Positions 26,776 through 32,000 of a stretch of 32,000 bases of DNA are shown piece after piece. Origin of the DNA: Acaryochloris marina S15 (lineage in GTDB: Bacteria; Cyanobacteriota; Cyanobacteriia; Thermosynechococcales; Thermosynechococcaceae); NCBI RefSeq assembly GCF_018336915.1, contig NZ_CP064923.1, forward strand, positions 960,001-992,000, written 5' to 3'. The notes beneath the pieces were generated by a model. The model saw only the letters and a program-made list of their open reading frames with translations, was not told the origin of the DNA and did no database searches. A program made the translations under genes and the position numbers. Every line of letters begins with the position of its first letter. The stretch's first letter is position 1.

Positions 26776-28095
26776 TCAGTCTCTAGAAAACGAGTAAAAA
26801 CTCTGCCCTTGCGGTTGAGGGCTAGAATCAGTCAACATTACCTTTGAGATGTGTTCAGGCGTAAACTCCACAACTTCAGCATCTAATGTAACCAAAGTCC
26901 GCTCTGACGGAGGTAGAATATGGGTTGTTTCAGACTCAGGCACGTAGGTCTCGTAGGGATGAAAGGGCTTCAGAATCAGAAATGAATAAAAAGTTGAAGC
27001 CCCCAATAATGTCGGCCAAAAAATCAGTTTGGGAATGATGTTGTCTTCATAGGAAATGAACTTGAATTGACTGGAATACTTATCATGAGTAAATAAGTAG
27101 GCATCCACTGCTACCCCGAGTAAAGCGGTATACATGGCTAGATAGAAATACTCTATGTAAATGATCCCAGAGCCTGGGAACTCCTGCCGGATCTGAATAT
27201 GGGCAATCAGTACAACGAAAAATAGTGCTGAACAGACCCCCAACACTCCAGAGGTATTGAAGCCAAAAATATCTGCTTGTCCTTCCCTTGCGGTGATAGT
27301 AAGTAACGTAGCAAACAGCAAAATAGCTGAAATGAGCAGTGGGACTAGATTGACAATGAAGGCTCCCAGAAATTCTCGTCTAAGCACAATATTGAAATAG
27401 AGTTCTGGGGTTTCTGACAGGGGTTTACCCAAGCCAAAATCCATGTCATATCGTGGCGTTTTGAAATCAAAAAACGTCTCTTCGACTTTCCAATCACCCA
27501 AAACAATACTTTTATCAAACCCAAAGGCATCACCCGGTTGAGTGGACTCATAAGCCTGGAGGTCGGGGACCAAAACATTACTCCGGCCAAAGTCTTTACC
27601 CCAAATGCGAAGCCAGACTGTTTTATGGTCTAACGGGTATTTTTGATAATTAAATCGCTGTTTCAGGGTGGATTCAAAATACCAACCAATCACTTCCTCC
27701 TTAGCGTTAATGGAACGCCGATAGGCTTGTTGGGGTTCCAGATTCTCACCCGAATCAACAGCTTCTGGCAAGATAAATCCCACGGGTATATCCTGACCTG
27801 CAGGAATATCAGCAAAGACCGACTTATTATATTTCTGCCAAATATAGCCCGTAATATTTACTTCAGTGGCATTGTTAAACTTAAGTGATTGCAAAAAGAT
27901 CCCCGTGGGAATCGCCTCAGATTTCTTCAGAGATAACCCACGTTTTTTTAGGTGAGGGATGATCTCCGCTTCCTTTGCAAGCTGCTCTAAGTTGGGCTGA
28001 TACGAATGATCAATCCGAAACCACATCAAGGCAATCAGAAAAATAAAGAAGATTGAAGTTCCTGAAGAAATCCACCACCACCGTTTTGTGTTCAT
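26776..28095 (-). CDS. Pentameric ligand-gated ion channel (GLIC/ELIC-like, Cys-loop superfamily) homolog with an N-terminal anchor and a C-terminal tail
   Basis: I start at ATG 28095 (MNTKRWWW...); the track gives TTG 28104. The extracellular-domain segment FNYQKYPLDHKTVWLRIW resembles the [FY]PFD.Q loop (GLIC has RRYPFDSQTLHIYL). Pre-M1 is ELYFNIVLRREF. There are four TM helices with a short M3-M4 loop. The M2 segment FVVLIAHIQIRQEFP compares with STLIAHIAFNILVETNLP in GLIC, recalled from memory. Confidence 0.65.
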   Translation of the reverse strand: MNTKRWWWISSGTSIFFIFLIALMWFRIDHSYQPNLEQLAKEAEIIPHLKKRGLSLKKSEAIPTGIFLQSLKFNNATEVNITGYIWQKYNKSVFADIPAGQDIPVGFILPEAVDSGENLEPQQAYRRSINAKEEVIGWYFESTLKQRFNYQKYPLDHKTVWLRIWGKDFGRSNVLVPDLQAYESTQPGDAFGFDKSIVLGDWKVEETFFDFKTPRYDMDFGLGKPLSETPELYFNIVLRREFLGAFIVNLVPLLISAILLFATLLTITAREGQADIFGFNTSGVLGVCSALFFVVLIAHIQIRQEFPGSGIIYIEYFYLAMYTALLGVAVDAYLFTHDKYSSQFKFISYEDNIIPKLIFWPTLLGASTFYSFLILKPFHPYETYVPESETTHILPPSERTLVTLDAEVVEFTPEHISKVMLTDSSPQPQGQSFYSFSRD

Positions 28096-28291
28096 CACTT
28101 GCAACCGTTCAAGTTCAGTAGAATCGTGCCACTAAGTATGAGCAAGAGGAATTCTACTTAAGTCGAAGGGCTTGTACTGATCTAGTGAAGTTGAGTCCAG
28201 CTCAACACAGAATAGGAGACATCAGCTCGCGAGCAGCGATTATCAGGGGAGTGGGCTGCTTTTTACCAGGAATGCTCCCATTGCAAGCACT

Positions 28292-28332
28292 AAAAAAGCA
28301 GGATTCCCTATAAAAGGAAATCCTGCTTTTTT
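28292..28332 (-). terminator. Rho-independent terminator of petCA (also has U-tract potential on the plus strand)
   Basis: On the minus strand it reads AGCAGGATTTCC-TTTTATA-GGAATCCTGCT followed by TTTTTT. It starts about 25 nt downstream of the petA stop codon (28357-28359). Confidence 0.75.
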
Positions 28333-28356
28333 CAAAGAAACGAATTGAGCAATGTG

Positions 28357-29304
28357 CTAGAAATTCATTTCGGCAGCTTGTACTTTCTCGACCTGCTTCT
28401 TCTTCAGAACGAGCAGTGTCTGGGACAGCATAATGGCAGAGAAGAAGGCCATTAGCCACTTAATCCGAGTGCCGCTCTGCAAAACAATTTCAGTATCTTT
28501 TTGGCCAAAGCCACCCACGTTGGGGTCAGAACTTAGGGGAGCACCATCAGCAACGGCTTGCCCTTCAGCTACCACAACCTCTAAACCGGCGGGAATCGCC
28601 TCAGTCACAGTCTGACCATCATTAGTGGTGATAGTAACGGAATCCTCGCTCACACTGCTAACAATACCGGCAGTGGAAGCAGCGACCGCATTGACGTTAG
28701 TCTTGTCACCTGTAGGATAAATCTGACCACGTCCACGGTTACCCGCAGCATAAACAGAGTACTTACCAAAGTGAATATCGGGATCCGTTGCAGGGTCAGG
28801 GGAAAGAACAGGGAAGATAATTTCCTGATGATCAGCCCCTGATATGGGACCCACAACGATCACGTTATCGGTATCAGGCTTGTACTTCTGGAAACTGACA
28901 CCGGCGATCTCTTCCTTCATCTTTTCAGGAATACGATCATCGGGGGCAATTTGGAACCCATCAGGCAGCATCAGCACTGCACCAACATTCAAAGGTCCTA
29001 GATCACCGCTACCTAGGACTTGCTGGGCATCAGTGTTATAGGGGATTTTGACAACGGCTTCAAATACTGTGTTGGGTAACACAGCCTGAGGAACTTCCAC
29101 TTGTGTGGGCTTGGATGCAAGGTGGCAGTTAGCACAGACAATGCGACCATTTGCTTCTCTAGGGCTATCGTAGGCCTGTTGAGCATAGATCGGGAAAGCC
29201 TGAGCAGCTTGAGGCAGAGAAAAGGCGCTAGTGACGACAAGGAAGAGCGCAGCCAAGAGGCGGAGGCTCTTTTTCGTTAAGACAGATAAAAGGCTTTGCT
29301 TCAT
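28357..29304 (-). CDS. petA: Apocytochrome f (cytochrome b6f complex)
   Basis: I start at ATG 29304 (MKQSLLSVLTKKSLRLLAALFLVVTSAFSLPQAAQA), followed by the mature N-terminus FPIYAQQAY...REANGRIVCANCHLA (heme-binding CxxCH) and a C-terminal TM anchor. The upstream extension to 29427 in the ORF track overlaps petC and is not credible. Confidence 0.95.
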   Translation of the reverse strand: MKQSLLSVLTKKSLRLLAALFLVVTSAFSLPQAAQAFPIYAQQAYDSPREANGRIVCANCHLASKPTQVEVPQAVLPNTVFEAVVKIPYNTDAQQVLGSGDLGPLNVGAVLMLPDGFQIAPDDRIPEKMKEEIAGVSFQKYKPDTDNVIVVGPISGADHQEIIFPVLSPDPATDPDIHFGKYSVYAAGNRGRGQIYPTGDKTNVNAVAASTAGIVSSVSEDSVTITTNDGQTVTEAIPAGLEVVVAEGQAVADGAPLSSDPNVGGFGQKDTEIVLQSGTRIKWLMAFFSAIMLSQTLLVLKKKQVEKVQAAEMNF

Positions 29305-29378
29305 TAGTCTATTGATATAAACCTGACAAGATGTGGAGGGGTAGAAGGGATGCATTAAGCTTGGACGTTCGACGAGAC

Positions 29379-29918
29379 TTAGGTCCACCAAGGATCTTTG
29401 TCTGTGCGGAAATCCGTTTCTGTCCAAGTCGTAAATACCAACTTGCCATCTACATCATCCGCATGAACGAGGGCCAAAGAGAGCGGTGCAGGACCCCGAA
29501 CCACCTTGCCGGTCGAGTCATATTGGGACCCATGACAAGGGCAAATATATTTATTCTGGCCTGCATTCCAGGGAACAACACAACCCAAGTGAGTGCAGAC
29601 CGCATTCAAACCATAGTCTGCGATCTCATTGCTATCTGTGACAACAACGTAGGTTGGATCTCCCTTGAAACCTTGGGTTAAGGTGCGGTCACCTGGGCTA
29701 TGTTCTGCCAAAAACTCACTGACCACGACATCGTTACCTAGGGCGTCTTTGGCAGTAAGCCCGCCCCCAGTTCCTCCACTAGCAGGAGGAATAAAGTACC
29801 TGACGACAGGATATAACCCACCTAAGGCGGTGCCGGTAATTGCACCAAAGGTCAGCAAATTCATAAATTGACGCCGTCCCATATCGGGGACGTCAGAAGA
29901 TCCAGAGACTTGAGCCAT
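29379..29918 (-). CDS. petC: Cytochrome b6f complex Rieske iron-sulfur subunit
   Basis: 179 aa. N-terminus [29 protein letters not shown]. Rieske boxes [11 protein letters not shown] and CPCHGSQY. It lies directly upstream of petA. Confidence 0.95.
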   Translation of the reverse strand: MAQVSGSSDVPDMGRRQFMNLLTFGAITGTALGGLYPVVRYFIPPASGGTGGGLTAKDALGNDVVVSEFLAEHSPGDRTLTQGFKGDPTYVVVTDSNEIADYGLNAVCTHLGCVVPWNAGQNKYICPCHGSQYDSTGKVVRGPAPLSLALVHADDVDGKLVFTTWTETDFRTDKDPWWT

Positions 29919-30227
29919 GATTTACGGTGATGTTACGGATGTAATGGACAGCATTAGAGCCTGACCCTATGGAATTGCTCATGCTCGGAATGGTGTATTC
30001 CTTACTCAACGTGCATCTGCGATGAATGGCTGAGTTAAAGACATGTTGCAAATCACCATCAGGTGTCATAACATTTCTTGACATTATTATCACACTTGAT
30101 GAGCCCGTATTTCATACGAAATGTAAATTCGTTGCGGCCAATCCCAGAATCTACCTTCTTTGTAAGCTTGCTTCTCCTGAACAGGACACGACAGAATAGA
30201 GACTTCACACACATGGGATAAAGGCGA

Positions 30228-30545
30228 ATGACCGGCGAAGAACTGCATCAACTCCTGATCAATAAGTGGGGGCGGTCCTACGATATTCAATTGCGCCGCA
30301 CCCAAGGGAAAATCTTTGTCCAGGTCATGTGGCGCTATCTAGAGCAAGCCTCATTTCCCATGTCGGAACCAGAATATTTTGAACATTTAGGTGCGATCGC
30401 AACCTACATCCGCGGGTGGGATGCAGTCCAGCAAGTCGAAGAATATATTCAAGCCACTAAACAACATCCTCGTCTAGGGAAAGCTGTTAGCATCCCCCTA
30501 GAACTGGGCGGGAGAACCTCTGAGTGGCTGCTAGAAAAGTTTTAG
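30228..30545 (+). CDS. DUF3067 family protein (conserved in cyanobacteria and plastid-bearing lineages)
   Basis: 105 aa. MTGEELHQLLINKWGRSYDIQLRR..GKIFVQVMWRYLEQASFP..E.EY.EHL matches the DUF3067 pattern as I recall it. Confidence 0.7.
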   Translation: MTGEELHQLLINKWGRSYDIQLRRTQGKIFVQVMWRYLEQASFPMSEPEYFEHLGAIATYIRGWDAVQQVEEYIQATKQHPRLGKAVSIPLELGGRTSEWLLEKF

Positions 30546-30551
30546 GCCAGG

Positions 30552-31337
30552 CTAATGGCCCGTTAGTATGACCAAACCAATACCGCCAAAATAGAGGCCC
30601 ACAACAGCGCCTCCCAGCAAGCTTTGGGTCAGGGGATCCGTCGATGGGGTCAGTACGGCACCCAGAATGGCAGCGCCGAGAATAACGTATCGCCATCCCG
30701 ACAACATCTGGCGGCTGGAAACAATCCCCGTGAGGCCTAATAAAAGCTGGATAACGGGAATCTGGAAAGCAATCCCTGTACTGAACAGCAGCAGCAAGAC
30801 GAATTCAAAGTAGCGATCAATCGACCAAAGCTGCTCAACTACGTCCGCACCATATTGGATGAAGAAATTGAGGGCTGCTGGGATGAGAGCCACATAGGCA
30901 AAGAAAATTCCCACAAAAAAGAGAACGGAGGAGCCGAGGACAATCGGTCCGAGTAGTCGTCTCTCCGAGCGAGTTAACCCTGGCAACACAAACTGAATAA
31001 TTTGATACAGGATGAACGGGCTAGCCACCAGGATGCCACTATAGGCAGCGACCTTGAGGGAGACAAAGAAGTATTCTCCAGGGGCAAGTTGTAAAAATTT
31101 AACCCCTTGAGCTGGACGCTCTAATACCTTGACGATTAAGTTGACCTTGAAGAAGCAACCGACAATTCCAATCGCAACTGCGATCAGCGCATAAAAAATT
31201 CGAAAACGTAGCTCCTCTAAATGCTCAAACAATGACATTTCCACGTCATTCAGATTCGCATCTGGCTGGATGTCGGCATCCGTTGGGGCTTTGGAGGGTG
31301 CTGTTTCTAGGTCAGAAGGAGTCACAGGCAAGCTCAA
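30552..31337 (-). CDS. tatC: Twin-arginine translocase subunit TatC
   Basis: 261 aa. [15 protein letters not shown], then six TM segments. It is nearly collinear with Synechocystis TatC as I remember it ([26 protein letters not shown]..., [21 protein letters not shown]). The start (TTG 31337) is uncertain. Confidence 0.9.
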   Translation of the reverse strand: MSLPVTPSDLETAPSKAPTDADIQPDANLNDVEMSLFEHLEELRFRIFYALIAVAIGIVGCFFKVNLIVKVLERPAQGVKFLQLAPGEYFFVSLKVAAYSGILVASPFILYQIIQFVLPGLTRSERRLLGPIVLGSSVLFFVGIFFAYVALIPAALNFFIQYGADVVEQLWSIDRYFEFVLLLLFSTGIAFQIPVIQLLLGLTGIVSSRQMLSGWRYVILGAAILGAVLTPSTDPLTQSLLGGAVVGLYFGGIGLVILTGH

Positions 31338-31458
31338 GCGATTAATTCATTCCCCATTATAGTTTTGTGAATGGAAACGCTTCGGTTAATTCTGCAGTTG
31401 ACGAATACCCAAATTTGCATAAGGTTAAAGTGAGTCACTCAGTAGTGAGAAATCAGCC

Positions 31459-31869
31459 ATGATTGATCGGCTATTGCCTCTAGTTGCTAGAGGTTTTCTA
31501 TCGGCAGTTTTTATCCGTTCCGGCCTTGCTCACTGCTTCAATTTTGCAGGAACCCAACAGGCAATCTCTAGTAAAGGCCTGCCCTCTGGTTTAGCCCTAG
31601 TTATGGCCATTGGAGCAATTCTATTACTGCTTGGTGGTGGGCTTTCGGTTTTATTTGGTTTTAAGGCGCGCTGGGGTGCGATCGCATTGATTGTCTTTTT
31701 AGTGCCCGCCACTCTGATGTTTCATATCAACTTTGCCGAGCAAATGGAACAAATCCAGTTTTTGAAAAATGTGAGTTTAATCGGTGGGCTTTTGCTCCTA
31801 GCTCAAAACGGCCCAGGTCGATACAGTTTTGATAATCAGGAACTGCGTCGAAGTTATGGGAAATGGTAG
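31459..31869 (+). CDS. DoxX family membrane protein
   Basis: 136 aa with four hydrophobic helices. RGFLSAVFIRSGLAH...FKARWGAIALIVFLVPATLMFH...FLKNVSLIGGLLLL fits DoxX. Confidence 0.75.
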   Translation: MIDRLLPLVARGFLSAVFIRSGLAHCFNFAGTQQAISSKGLPSGLALVMAIGAILLLLGGGLSVLFGFKARWGAIALIVFLVPATLMFHINFAEQMEQIQFLKNVSLIGGLLLLAQNGPGRYSFDNQELRRSYGKW

Positions 31870-32000
31870 GTTAAACTCATGTTGGGACTTGTGTTGGGTT
31901 ATTTAAGCCCCTCAGCATCCCACTGCCATTTTGTAACGACTGAATTAGGTCAAATCCATGACCAAGGTTTCATCTCTCCCTCAAAATATTTGGCATTGGT

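Noticed and set aside
28202-28459. An 85-aa minus-strand ORF overlapping the petA 3' end
   Set aside because: It spans the petA stop codon and the petCA intrinsic terminator hairpin. It has no plausible start context and an implausible composition.
29305-29427. The upstream extension of petA (MDRNGFPH...) in the ORF track
   Set aside because: It overlaps the 3' end of petC in another frame. The signal peptide and mature cytochrome f sequence begin cleanly at the internal ATG 29304.
29893-30305. Two minus-strand ORFs (66 and 71 aa) in the petC/DUF3067 divergent region
   Set aside because: They lie in a promoter-type spacer. One overlaps the DUF3067 start and one overlaps the petC start. Neither has motifs or conservation signals.
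31958-32000. ATG 31958 opening a frame (MTKVSSLPQNIWHW...) that runs to the window edge
   Set aside because: Only 14 codons are visible. That is too little to separate a real gene start from chance, so I do not report it as a feature.
1-32000. CRISPR arrays, rRNA genes or tRNA genes
   Set aside because: I found no regularly spaced direct repeats of 25-40 bp other than the coding RTX periodicity. I also found no rRNA-like or cloverleaf-compatible segments on reading both strands.

Overview
This window looks like a cyanobacterial chromosomal segment. I found 11 HIP1 octamers (GCGATCGC) by eye, and the core genes are typical of cyanobacteria: guaA 3' end, cobN, alaS, the petC-petA cytochrome b6f operon, tatC and msrB. 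Accessory and mobile content sits between them. (1) A very large exoprotein gene at 6934-12894 (minus strand) appears to be split by a 1142-bp IS630-family element (9844-10985). Its modules are a G8 domain with a CEMIP/TMEM2-like beta-helix, a PKD domain, a jelly-roll-like domain and about 47 RTX nonapeptides. The element has TA flanks, imperfect terminal inverted repeats, and a transposase broken at an A7 tract. (2) A small islet at about 19.2-23.5 kb looks AT-richer by eye. It carries a hicAB toxin-antitoxin pair with a perfect 18-bp palindrome upstream, a DUF4253 protein, an intact IS1634/IS4-like element (15-bp IRs, 6-bp ATCTAA duplication) and a small cupin. (3) Two poorly characterised genes stand out to me. 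One is a GLIC/ELIC-like pentameric ligand-gated ion channel homolog with extra N- and C-terminal regions (26776-28095). The other is a secreted protein whose mature N-terminus would begin Cys-Ser-Cys and which resembles the TIMP/NTR fold (15997-16473). Other genes are a GAF-containing hybrid histidine kinase, a TfoX N-domain protein, two DoxX-type membrane proteins, a MATE exporter, an ABCB-type exporter and a DUF3067 protein. I found no rRNA, tRNA or CRISPR array. All functional calls rest on motif recognition from the supplied translations and on hand inspection of the DNA. No database search was run.
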